Shown piece after piece: positions 20,009 through 29,391 of a DNA stretch of 64,000 bases. Each line of letters begins with the position of its first letter. The first letter of the stretch is position 1. Source of the stretch: an uncultured Thermodesulfobacteriota bacterium (GTDB lineage: Bacteria; Desulfobacterota; Zymogenia; Zymogenales; Zymogenaceae). A program made the translations under genes and the position numbers. The notes beneath the pieces were generated by a model that saw only the letters and a list, made by a program, of their open reading frames with translations, did not search any database and had not been told where the DNA came from. The stretch is taken from contig CAZIWT010000002.1 of NCBI GenBank assembly GCA_964542895.1, positions 2,730 to 66,729 of the forward strand, written 5' to 3'.

Positions 20009-20798
20009 CAGGACTGGATCGGTATTGTTGGCCGCTATTTTTGGAGCGACCTTGATATTAAGCTTCGCCTGCAGTAAAGAGGAGGAGAGCCTTAAGATCG
20101 TAATAGAGGACTCCACGGATGTGGAGGCACCGAAAGACGGCGGCGGTGACATAAACGGGGGCGACGGGAGTGTGGCAAAAACGCCGCCCGGTGTCGAGCC
20201 TGGGCCCGGGCCGGGGACGGAGGCACCGCCCGAAATCGGGGAGCCGAAAACGCCCCCGGGGACTCCGGGATCGGAAAGCGCCCTTACCATGAAAGTCTCG
20301 GATGTGATGGCAAAGGGAATCGATAACGAGGATTTCAAGAAGATATCCAAGGCCCTCCCCGTCAGGGTGATGATTTTTGGCCTTCCCAAAAACAGGGCCT
20401 GGAGCGTGAGGACAATGTTCCATAATATCGAGCTGATGACGGTGGTTATCGATGACAATTCCGGAAATATCCTCAGAAGAGAAGTTAAAAAAGAACACAA
20501 TATTAAAACTCTGGCAAGAAAAACAAAACCCGGAGCTCGCAGAATGGAGGATTACCTCGGCAAGCTTAACCTTGGATACGCCGGGGCGCTCAATGCCGCC
20601 CTTAAGGATGAGAGGTTCCCAAAGATAGACTATACCAAACATGTTGGCATAACCGTTTTATTGGGACCGGGGAAGGAGGGAACGACCTGGCACGTGGTCT
20701 TTATGGCAGGGAAGGACAAAAAAAACATCATCGCCTCAATCGACGACTACGGAAACGTCCTGAACGTCAGGGAGGAGGAGAGAAGGGTCAGGAAGTAG
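19992..20798 (+). CDS. lipoprotein, hypothetical, Gly/Pro-rich linker
   Basis: Lipobox LILSFACSK. GGGDINGGDG / PGPGPG low-complexity region. Confidence 0.5.
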   Translation: MIRKHNRTGSVLLAAIFGATLILSFACSKEEESLKIVIEDSTDVEAPKDGGGDINGGDGSVAKTPPGVEPGPGPGTEAPPEIGEPKTPPGTPGSESALTMKVSDVMAKGIDNEDFKKISKALPVRVMIFGLPKNRAWSVRTMFHNIELMTVVIDDNSGNILRREVKKEHNIKTLARKTKPGARRMEDYLGKLNLGYAGALNAALKDERFPKIDYTKHVGITVLLGPGKEGTTWHVVFMAGKDKKNIIASIDDYGNVLNVREEERRVRK

Positions 20799-21033
20799 GA
20801 GTTTTTCTGTTTTATAAACTTTTTTCTTGATATTTCCCCCTCTTTTAGATATAAACCCCTTTGAAATTCTTAGGGATGGGGGGAGAGGGGCAAGTTTAAA
20901 AAATCCGGGAAGTGGTTTTTTTAAGCTGCGGTCATCGAAAAGGCGGAGGGATTGATAAGCATCCTTTTCGCCGCGGATGATGATTTTAGACTTTTTGTCA
21001 CTGTTATTGGCGTGATATCGGAAGTTTTCTCAA

Positions 21034-22719
21034 ATGAGTGAAATGTTACAGACGATAATCTTCGGGATCATGGGGGGACTGGGCCTCTTTTTCCTCGGCA
21101 TCCGCACTATGAGCGACGGTCTCCAGAAATACGCCGGGGACCGCTTGAGGAACTTCCTTAAGAGCATTACGAAAAATCGCGTGGTGGGGATGTTTACCGG
21201 CCTTTTCGTCACGGCCGTTATCCAGTCGAGCTCCGCCACGACGGTAATGACGGTAAGCCTGGTAAACGCCGGGCTTATCAATCTCACCCAGGCCATCGGC
21301 GTCGTTCTCGGTGCCAACATCGGCACGACGGTCACTGCCCAGATGATCGCCTTTAAGATACAGGACTATGCCCTTCCCCTGATAGGGGTCGGGGTTGTCT
21401 TGAAGCTCTTTGCAAAGAAGGAAAAGGTGATCTACTTCGGAGAGGCGTTGATGGGTTTCGGACTCATTTTCTTCGGACTTTCCACCATGAAGGACGCCTT
21501 TGCCTTTATGAAGGGCTCCGAGGCGGTCTTCAACTTTTTCGCCAATCTCGACGGTTTTCCCTTTATCGCCCTTATCATCGGCACGATATTTACGATGATG
21601 ATGCAGAGCTCTTCCGTTACCGTGGGGATAACTATGGCCCTTGCCAGCACGGGACTGATCTCTTTCCCAACGAGCGTTGCCATTATCCTGGGCGACAACA
21701 TCGGAACCACGATCACGGCGGAGCTGGCGTCCATAGGGACGAATATCGCGGCAAAGAGGACGGCCAGGGCGCACACGGTGTTTAACGTCATAGGTGTTAT
21801 ATACATCTTTCTTCTGATGCCCTATTTCGTCAAGCTTGTAAATTGGATTACACCCGGAGATGTGGGCTTTGTTATTAAGACCGCAGGGGAGGCGGCAAAT
21901 TATAACATGAATATTGGGGACGCCCCCTATGCCGCCAGGCATATAGCGAACGCCCACACCATGTTCAATGTCGTAAACAACCTTCTCTTTCTACCACTGA
22001 TCGGTGTACTGGCCAAGATTGCAACGATAATGATCCCGGGTGAGGAGGTGACACCGGAATTTCACCTGAAATACCTCGACGGGAAGGTCGTCTCCGCACC
22101 GAGTATCGCCATAGGGGAGGCGAGAAACGAGACCATCCATATGGCCAAGATATCTCTAGATATGCTCGACGAGAGTATGAGGGCCCTCTTCGACGGTGAC
22201 ATGAAAAGGCTCGAAAATGTAAGGAAAATGGAGGACACCGTGGATATGCTCCAGAGGGAGATTACCGAATACTCCGTCAGGATATCCCAGGAGTCTATCA
22301 CCCCGGAGATATCGAGGGAGATCACCTCGATTATAAATATGGTGAACAACATCGAGAGGATCGGGGATCACTGCGAGAACCTGACCCACCTTATCGAGCG
22401 AAAGAAGATGGAGAAGCTCGATTTTTCCGATACGGCCACGGAGAACATCCGGGAGATATATCAGGTGTCGAGGAAATTCCTCGATTTCGTCATAATCAGC
22501 ATGGAGAAAAAGGACACATCGATAAAGTCGGAGGCGGACCGGTACGAAAAACGAATTGACTATCTCGAGGATACCTTCAGGCAAGACCACGTCAACAGGC
22601 TCAACAAGGGGAAATGCAAGGTCGACCCGGGGCTGATATTCATCGATATGTTGACCAACTTCGAGAAGATAGGTGACCACACGTTTAACATCGCCGAGGC
22701 GGTGGTCGGGATTAAGTAG
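21034..22719 (+). CDS. Na/Pi cotransporter family protein with C-terminal PhoU-like domain
   Basis: Duplicated Na_Pi_cotrans-type membrane repeats (GANIGTT... and GDNIGTT...) followed by a soluble helical domain. Confidence 0.8.
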   Translation: MSEMLQTIIFGIMGGLGLFFLGIRTMSDGLQKYAGDRLRNFLKSITKNRVVGMFTGLFVTAVIQSSSATTVMTVSLVNAGLINLTQAIGVVLGANIGTTVTAQMIAFKIQDYALPLIGVGVVLKLFAKKEKVIYFGEALMGFGLIFFGLSTMKDAFAFMKGSEAVFNFFANLDGFPFIALIIGTIFTMMMQSSSVTVGITMALASTGLISFPTSVAIILGDNIGTTITAELASIGTNIAAKRTARAHTVFNVIGVIYIFLLMPYFVKLVNWITPGDVGFVIKTAGEAANYNMNIGDAPYAARHIANAHTMFNVVNNLLFLPLIGVLAKIATIMIPGEEVTPEFHLKYLDGKVVSAPSIAIGEARNETIHMAKISLDMLDESMRALFDGDMKRLENVRKMEDTVDMLQREITEYSVRISQESITPEISREITSIINMVNNIERIGDHCENLTHLIERKKMEKLDFSDTATENIREIYQVSRKFLDFVIISMEKKDTSIKSEADRYEKRIDYLEDTFRQDHVNRLNKGKCKVDPGLIFIDMLTNFEKIGDHTFNIAEAVVGIK

Positions 22720-23044
22720 CCCTTGAGATCCCACGGGTAGAATAAGTACATTAATGGGACGGTAGATCAGGGGGGATCAGAGGGGAGCGGGGCAATGGGA
22801 GGGAAGGGGGGTAAGAGTTTCACTACGGGAATTGATATCAAAATTGAATTATTGGATCCGCCTGAACTTACCTTTGCTTAAAGCGGTTCGGCAAAAGTAC
22901 CTTGAACAATATTTCCTTGAGCGGTAGTGTCAAACGCCTTTTTTCTTGACAAAAAGCCACATTGAATTATATTAATAGACTTTATCCGAAAAGGGCTAAA
23001 GCATTTTTGCGCCCTTTTCCCGTAACAAGAGGAATCGTGGAAAT

Positions 23045-25843
23045 ATGATGGACTACAAAGAGACCTTGAACCTTCCCAAAACCGATTTCCCGATGAAGGC
23101 CAACCTCCCGAAGCGGGAGCCGGAGCTTCTGAAGCATTGGGACTCAATAAAAATGTACGACCTGATTAAGGATGCTTCCAAGGGGAGGGAGAAGTACATC
23201 CTGCACGACGGCCCCCCCTACGCCAACGGCAACATCCACCTGGGAACCGCTCTGAACAAGGTCTTGAAGGACATCATCGTAAAGTCGAGATTCATGATGG
23301 GATACGACAGCTACTACGTTCCCGGCTGGGACTGCCACGGCCTTCCCATCGAGCATCAGGTGGACAAGGAGCTCGGCGAGAAGAAGCTCACCATGACCAA
23401 GAGCGAGATCAGAAAGCGCTGCCGCGGCTTCGCCGAAAAATATATCGATATCCAGAGAAACGAGTTCAAGCGCCTCGGGATCTTCGGCGAGTGGGACGAT
23501 CCTTACCTGACGATGAACTACGGATACGAGGCAACGATCGTAAGGGAGTTCGGGAAGTTCGCCCTCTCGGGAGCCCTATATCGGGGGGAAAAGCCGGTAT
23601 ACTGGTGCGCCTCCTGCGTGACGGCGCTCGCCGAGGCGGAGGTGGAGTATCTGGACCACACCTCCTCCTCTATTTACGTCAAGTTCCCGATGATAGACGA
23701 CCTCGCGAATGACTTTCCGGAGCTTAAGGGAAAGGATGTATCGGTAATAATCTGGACCACAACCCCCTGGACGATTCCGTCCAACCTCGCCATAGCCTTT
23801 CACCCGGACTTCGAGTACGTGGCGGCAGAGGTCAAAGGGGGCGAGGTCTTCATTTTAGCGGAGGAGCTTGCCGACATCGTCCTGAGCTCGTTTAAGATGG
23901 GAGACTACAAGGTCTTGGCCAAGTTTCCGGGAAGGGCCCTCGAGGGGAAAAAGGCGAAACACCCCCTCTACGACAGGGAGTCGGTCTTGATCCTTGCGGA
24001 TTACGTTACGCTGGACGCCGGAACCGGGGCCGTCCACACCGCCCCGGGCCACGGTCAGGACGACTACTTCTCCGGCCAGAGATACGGACTGGATATCTAC
24101 GCACCGGTGGACGACCTGGGGAAGTTCACCGACGACGTTAAATACTTCGCCGGGAAATTCGTTTTCGACGCCAACGAGGACGTGAACAAAAAGCTCGCAG
24201 AGGCAGGGGCGCTCTTAAAGGAGGATGAGTTTGAGCACCAGTATCCCCACTGCTGGCGATGCAAACAGCCCATCATCTTTCGCTCCACGCCCCAGTGGTT
24301 CATCTCAATGGAGGAGAACGGTCTCAGGAAAAAGGCGCTCGAGGAGATAGACAAGGTCCGCTGGATCCCGAAGTGGGGCAGGGAGAGGATATACGGAATG
24401 ATCGAAAACCGTCCCGACTGGTGCATATCCAGGCAACGATCCTGGGGGGTTCCCATTACCGTCTTTTTCTGTGTCAAGTGCGGGACGGAGCTGATAGACA
24501 AGGCATCCCTTGAAAGGGTCGTCGATCTCGTCGAAAAGGACGGCGCCGACGTATGGTTCGAGAAGGAGGTGGGCGAGCTCGTCGCCCCCGGCACGAAATG
24601 TAAAAATTGCGGAGGTAGCGAGTTCGAAAAGGAGGAGGATATCTTGGACGTCTGGTTCGACTCCGGGACGAGCTACGCCGCCGTGTGCGAGAAGAGGCCG
24701 GGGCTCAAGGAAGTGGCCGATATGTACCTCGAGGGTAGCGACCAGCACCGGGGGTGGTTTCACTCCTCGCTCCTGGCCTCCGTCGGGACGAGGGGGAGGG
24801 CGCCCTATCGGGAGGTCTTGACCCACGGCTTTCTGGTCGCGGGCGACGGCAGGAAGATGAGCAAATCTCTGGGCAACGTAATGGTCCCCGACGAGGTCAT
24901 AGAGAAATACGGTGCCGAGGTCTTGAGGCTCTGGGTGAGCGCTGAGGACTACAGGGACGACATCCGCGTCTCCTGGGAGATACTGGACAGACAGTCGGAG
25001 GCGTACCGGAGGATAAGGAACACCTCGAGGTTTATCCTGGGCAACCTCTTCGATTTCGATCCGAATGCGGATATGGTCAAAAGTGACGAGTATACGGGCC
25101 TCGACCGCTATCTCCTCATCAAGTATAACAGGCTTATAAAAAGGGTCTTAAAGGCGTACGAAGAATTCGAGTTTCACACCATCTATCACACGATCCACAA
25201 CTTCTGCGCCGTCAACCTCAGCGCCTTTTACCTCGATATCCTGAAGGATAGGCTCTACACCAGCGCCGCCGACTCGAAAGCGAGGAAGGCCGCCCAGAGC
25301 GCCATGTATACGATTCTCCACGGGCTTGTCAGGCTGATGGTCCCCATCCTCGTGTTTACGGCGGAGGAGATATGGGGGGATATCCCCGGAAATGAGAAGG
25401 CGGGCAGCGTCCATGTTGCCTCATTTCCCGAGGCGGACGACTCCTTTGCCGACGACGAGCTGGAGAGGGCGTGGGACGGGATCCTCGAGATCAGGGGAGT
25501 CGTCACAAAGGCGTTGGAGGAGGCGAGACGTAAAAAGACGATCGGACACTCCCTTGACGCCCTCGTGACGATCTCCACCAAGGGCAAGAAGCTGGAGCTT
25601 TTGAGGGCGAATTCCGACAGCCTGAGGGATACCTTTATAGTTTCAAAGGTGGAAGTGGTCAACACGCCCCTTGAAGATCCCTTCGAGACAGAGGAGGTCC
25701 CGGATCTCTTCATATCGGTTCAAAAGGCCCCCGGGGGAAAATGTCCCCGCTGCTGGAACTACACGGAGGATATCGGATCGGACAATGAGCATCCGGAAGT
25801 CTGTTTGCGCTGTGCCGGGAACCTGAAGGAAGGGGGGAGTTGA
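23045..25843 (+). CDS. ileS: isoleucine--tRNA ligase
   Basis: HIGH motif PYANGNIHLGTA, KMSKS, C-terminal Zn-finger CPRCW...CLRC. 932 aa. Confidence 0.95.
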   Translation: MMDYKETLNLPKTDFPMKANLPKREPELLKHWDSIKMYDLIKDASKGREKYILHDGPPYANGNIHLGTALNKVLKDIIVKSRFMMGYDSYYVPGWDCHGLPIEHQVDKELGEKKLTMTKSEIRKRCRGFAEKYIDIQRNEFKRLGIFGEWDDPYLTMNYGYEATIVREFGKFALSGALYRGEKPVYWCASCVTALAEAEVEYLDHTSSSIYVKFPMIDDLANDFPELKGKDVSVIIWTTTPWTIPSNLAIAFHPDFEYVAAEVKGGEVFILAEELADIVLSSFKMGDYKVLAKFPGRALEGKKAKHPLYDRESVLILADYVTLDAGTGAVHTAPGHGQDDYFSGQRYGLDIYAPVDDLGKFTDDVKYFAGKFVFDANEDVNKKLAEAGALLKEDEFEHQYPHCWRCKQPIIFRSTPQWFISMEENGLRKKALEEIDKVRWIPKWGRERIYGMIENRPDWCISRQRSWGVPITVFFCVKCGTELIDKASLERVVDLVEKDGADVWFEKEVGELVAPGTKCKNCGGSEFEKEEDILDVWFDSGTSYAAVCEKRPGLKEVADMYLEGSDQHRGWFHSSLLASVGTRGRAPYREVLTHGFLVAGDGRKMSKSLGNVMVPDEVIEKYGAEVLRLWVSAEDYRDDIRVSWEILDRQSEAYRRIRNTSRFILGNLFDFDPNADMVKSDEYTGLDRYLLIKYNRLIKRVLKAYEEFEFHTIYHTIHNFCAVNLSAFYLDILKDRLYTSAADSKARKAAQSAMYTILHGLVRLMVPILVFTAEEIWGDIPGNEKAGSVHVASFPEADDSFADDELERAWDGILEIRGVVTKALEEARRKKTIGHSLDALVTISTKGKKLELLRANSDSLRDTFIVSKVEVVNTPLEDPFETEEVPDLFISVQKAPGGKCPRCWNYTEDIGSDNEHPEVCLRCAGNLKEGGS

Positions 25844-26394
25844 TGAAGGCCTCTAAAAAAATAGATGTCGTAAAATATATAATCCTTTCCGGTATAACGG
25901 CTTTTGTTACCGTGGTCGATCAGGTGACGAAGTTCTACATAAGCATTAGCTTCAGGTTGGAGGAGATGCTTACTGTAATTCCCAACTTCCTCGATATCCA
26001 CTACATAATTAACACGGGCGCCGCCTTCGGAATCATGTCCCGTCTTCCCGATGGAATGAAGATCCCGTTTTTAGTAAGTGTCTCGATAATGGCGATGCTT
26101 CTTATCCTTTATCTCATTATAAAGGCGAAAGGGGATAATAAACTATATATCATCTCCCTTTCACTGGTCTTTGCCGGTGCCGTCGGGAACCTGGTAGACA
26201 GGATCATGCTCGGCGGGGTCAGGGACTTCATCAGTATGCACATCTACAGGCTCCACTGGCCGGTGTTCAACGTTGCCGACTCCGCCATAACGGTGGGAAT
26301 CGTCTTTTTGGCCTACGAGCTCATCATAGCGGAGCCGAAACGGGAGAAGGAGGCCAAGAAGATATCGACAAAAGAAACGGCAGCGGGGAGTTAG
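25840..26394 (+). CDS. lspA: lipoprotein signal peptidase II
   Basis: NTGAAFG, GNLVDR, FNVADSAI motifs. ATGA overlap with ileS. Confidence 0.9.
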   Translation: MMKASKKIDVVKYIILSGITAFVTVVDQVTKFYISISFRLEEMLTVIPNFLDIHYIINTGAAFGIMSRLPDGMKIPFLVSVSIMAMLLILYLIIKAKGDNKLYIISLSLVFAGAVGNLVDRIMLGGVRDFISMHIYRLHWPVFNVADSAITVGIVFLAYELIIAEPKREKEAKKISTKETAAGS

Positions 26395-26406
26395 GAAAAC
26401 ACCAAT

Positions 26407-27180
26407 ATGCATCCTTACCTTCTCAAAATCGGGCATTTTACCTTATACACCTACGGTTTTTTTATCGCCCTGGCGTTTGTGCTGGGATTTGGTCTTTACC
26501 TCTACGAGGTGAAAAGACGCGGCCTGGATTTCGATACCGGCGTTGACATCGGCTTCTGGGCGTTGCTCTCCGCAATTTTGGGATCGAGGTTGATCTACGT
26601 CGCCGTTAATTACGACTACTACATCGCTCATCCCCTGAGGGGACTGATGATATGGGAGGGGGGGCTGGTGTGGTACGGCGCCTTCTTGGGGGGACTTATA
26701 GCCACGGTTTGGTATTTAAGGGCCAAAAAGCTCGACTGGTGGCTCTGGGCGGATATGGGGGCCGCCCCCCTGGCGCTGGCCCAGGCCGTCGGCCGGGTGG
26801 GGTGTCTTATGGCGGGCTGCTGCTACGGCAAGGAGACCGATCTCCCCTGGGGGATCGTTTTTACAAAATCCACCATCGCCCCCAACGGGGTCGCGCTCCA
26901 TCCCACTCAGATTTATCATATGCTCTTCAACTTCGCGATCTTCCTCTTTCTATTCTTCAGAAGAGAGAGGGCGGCCTTTAAGGGGGAGCTTGTATTTCTA
27001 TACGTCATCCTTTACGGGTCGACAAGGAGTATCGTGGAGATTTTCCGCGGCGATCCGAGGGGATTTGTCCTTGACGGGATGCTCTCCACATCCCAGCTGA
27101 TAGGCCTCGTCACGGTTGCCGCCGCCGTTCCCCTCTACTTTTACTTCAAGGCCAAAAACGCGGCCGGGGGAGGAAAATAA
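26407..27180 (+). CDS. lgt: prolipoprotein diacylglyceryl transferase
   Basis: GHFTLYTYG N-terminus, conserved Lgt membrane blocks. Sits in the ileS-lspA-lgt arrangement. Confidence 0.9.
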   Translation: MHPYLLKIGHFTLYTYGFFIALAFVLGFGLYLYEVKRRGLDFDTGVDIGFWALLSAILGSRLIYVAVNYDYYIAHPLRGLMIWEGGLVWYGAFLGGLIATVWYLRAKKLDWWLWADMGAAPLALAQAVGRVGCLMAGCCYGKETDLPWGIVFTKSTIAPNGVALHPTQIYHMLFNFAIFLFLFFRRERAAFKGELVFLYVILYGSTRSIVEIFRGDPRGFVLDGMLSTSQLIGLVTVAAAVPLYFYFKAKNAAGGGK

Positions 27181-27195
27181 GGGGTAATCGGCGGG

Positions 27196-27768
27196 TTGAG
27201 TAAAACGGAAAAAGAAAGGAAAAAGATAATGGGAAAAAATAATAAAGGGGAGGGAAAGATAGACTTCATCTTCCCTGACTATCGTATTTGGGAGGATATC
27301 CCGTTTGGATTCTGGTACGTGGGTTTCTTTGCCATGACGCTGGCGTTTTTCAACCTGTCGATCAACTTCTTCTCCCACTTCGCCTTGCTCCTGGGCTGGT
27401 TGACCGATACCATGAGGGATTTCCCAAGAGAGCCCGGCGGACTGGACCTCGCCCTCTCGGGCGTTTTCGCCCTCTACTACCTCGTCAGCGCGCCCATCTT
27501 CTTCTATCTGGCCTGTCTGTACTGGAACTTCCGTGAAGGCGCGAAGAAGCGCCTCAAGATACTATTTATAGTCGACGCCGCCGCCTTTGTCGTCTATAAC
27601 ATCGCAAACTTGGGCGGGGCATATCTCTACGAGAATCCTTACCTCAAGCTCAAGGCCCCGATATATATCATCCTAGTTGTCGCCGCCCTCTACTTTGTCT
27701 CCACGAACGTGGAGGAGGACGCCGGGTCGGCAATGAAAAAGTTGGGGGGGGAGGAGGCCAAGGCCTGA
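27196..27768 (+). CDS. hypothetical integral membrane protein
   Basis: 190 aa, 4-5 predicted TM helices. Follows lgt with a 15-nt gap. Confidence 0.5.
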   Translation: MSKTEKERKKIMGKNNKGEGKIDFIFPDYRIWEDIPFGFWYVGFFAMTLAFFNLSINFFSHFALLLGWLTDTMRDFPREPGGLDLALSGVFALYYLVSAPIFFYLACLYWNFREGAKKRLKILFIVDAAAFVVYNIANLGGAYLYENPYLKLKAPIYIILVVAALYFVSTNVEEDAGSAMKKLGGEEAKA

Positions 27769-27967
27769 TTTTTCCTGTCTTTGCTCTGGGGGTTTAATCG
27801 TCCCTCTCTATTTCTACATTGGTATTGTCACGGGGGGGAGGGGGGTAAAGGGGGGGCAAAAAGTACCGGTCATCTTGCCTTGTAAAGAGCGTCTGTTATC
27901 GTTCGGGGGTTGTTGCCTAAATCCCTTTCAATAGTGCAAAGGCAAGGGCATAAACCACAGTCTTCAA

Positions 27968-28006
27968 ACAAAAAAGGCCGGGGATAATTTCTCCGGCCCT
28001 TTTTTA
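27968..28006. terminator. bidirectional rho-independent terminator between convergent genes
   Basis: A-run, GGCCGGGG...CCCCGGCC-type hairpin (GGCCGG/CCGGCC), T-run. Confidence 0.6.
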
Positions 28007-28156
28007 TGAAAAGACTTTTTGCAAAGTCGGTTCAGATAACCGCTTCCTCTACTTTTACCCACCTATCCCCGAGTCCCCGCTGACGTATATAAATATCGAA
28101 ACCAAGGCCCTAAAAAGCAGGGTTTCGGACAAGCTCAACTCAAGATTCAACAGGCC

Positions 28157-29152
28157 CTACGCCGGGATCGACTCCATCTCCCGCGTTTCGTAAAGCGTAA
28201 TCGCCTCTGAGGGACACACAGCAACGCAGAGCCCGCATCCCATGCAATTATCGGGATCGACAACGGCGGTCAGGTCGTCGGTCATAGAAAGTGCTCCGAA
28301 GAAGCACCTCTCGATACAGGACTCGCAGCCGGTGCAGAGGTCGGCGTCGATTTTTGCGGCGAACCTGCTGGGGGAGACCGTCTTTACACCCTCGTTGATG
28401 AAGACCGGCAGTACCTGGCAGCAGTCGCTGCAGCAATTGCAGATAAAGTTCTGCTTCGACTTGCTGTTCATGATTACGTGAACGAGCCCTTCGTCGTCCG
28501 CCTTTCTCACTATCGCCTTCGCCTCGTCCCTGGTAAGCTCCCTTCCGGTTCCCCTCTCGATGGAATAGTCGGCGGACTTGTCCACCTGGAGGCAGACCTC
28601 AAGAGACTTCCCGCATTTGCCGTCTATCGTCCTGCAGGTGCAGTTGGTCACGGCAAACCTCCTGGCGTTATTCAGGATCGTCATGACGTCGTCGATCGCC
28701 TCTATCTTCGATTCCGGGGTGATCGTCTCCCCGATAGGGACTATGCGGGTGAAGGGGTCTTTTATCACCTGCTCGACTATCTTAGCGTAGGCGGGCCACT
28801 CCTCGTTCATATATTTCAGCCACAGGTCGTGGTACGCCTTGGGGGCCTCCGGCCAGAGGATCGTGGCGTCGTGGAACTGGACGAGATCGCGGCACATCCT
28901 GTAGATCGTGCCGGTCTCCTTTTTCGACTTGAACATGAGGCCCTTGTGAAAGAGCTCGTCAAGCATCTTCTGGGTCGTTTCCTTATCCTTTCCAATCTTC
29001 TCGGCGAGCTCGTCGACCGTCCCGGGGGTCGCCATCATCAGGTTCGCCTCATCTTTATCTGCGATGAACTCGAAGAGCTGGGGAATTATCTTCGATCCGG
29101 AGGTCATTATCCTGTCGGACATCTGTTCGTAGATACTCTTTTCTTCACTCAT
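28157..29152 (-). CDS. iron-sulfur cluster-binding protein (CxCCxxCC motif plus 2x[4Fe-4S] ferredoxin CxxCxxCxxxCP motifs)
   Basis: CNCCSDCC; CTGCESCIERC and CMGCGLCVAVCP. Start taken at MSEEKS because a sigma70-like promoter lies inside the longer ORF-track version. Confidence 0.6.
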   Translation of the reverse strand: MSEEKSIYEQMSDRIMTSGSKIIPQLFEFIADKDEANLMMATPGTVDELAEKIGKDKETTQKMLDELFHKGLMFKSKKETGTIYRMCRDLVQFHDATILWPEAPKAYHDLWLKYMNEEWPAYAKIVEQVIKDPFTRIVPIGETITPESKIEAIDDVMTILNNARRFAVTNCTCRTIDGKCGKSLEVCLQVDKSADYSIERGTGRELTRDEAKAIVRKADDEGLVHVIMNSKSKQNFICNCCSDCCQVLPVFINEGVKTVSPSRFAAKIDADLCTGCESCIERCFFGALSMTDDLTAVVDPDNCMGCGLCVAVCPSEAITLYETREMESIPA

Positions 29153-29199
29153 TTTTTTGCTCCGTAAATTTTGGGAAGAGGTATTGCATCGGTTACTGT

Positions 29200-29229
29200 A
29201 TTGTATTGCTCTTTGCTTGTTATTGACAA
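29200..29229 (-). promoter_or_regulatory. candidate sigma70 promoter (TTGTCA-N18-TACAAT) for the Fe-S protein gene
   Basis: On the minus strand, -35 is at 29224..29229 and -10 TACAAT at 29200..29205. A GGAG RBS precedes the ATG at 29152. Confidence 0.4.
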
Positions 29230-29340
29230 AAGCATGTAACAATTATGCCGTCTAATAGTAGCACCGCGGGCTCTTTCTTGTCAAGGGGATAAGGGGGGCG
29301 AGGGGTTCGTCGGTGAAAATCGGCCGTCTTTCAGAGAATA

Positions 29341-29372
29341 AAAAAGGGGGGAAAGTTCTTCCCCCCCTTTTT
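29341..29372 (-). terminator. rho-independent terminator downstream of hppA
   Basis: AAAAAGGGGGGAAAGTTCTTCCCCCCCTTTTT hairpin with flanking A/T runs. Confidence 0.6.
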
Positions 29373-29391
29373 CAACAGCTTGGCTCAAGTC

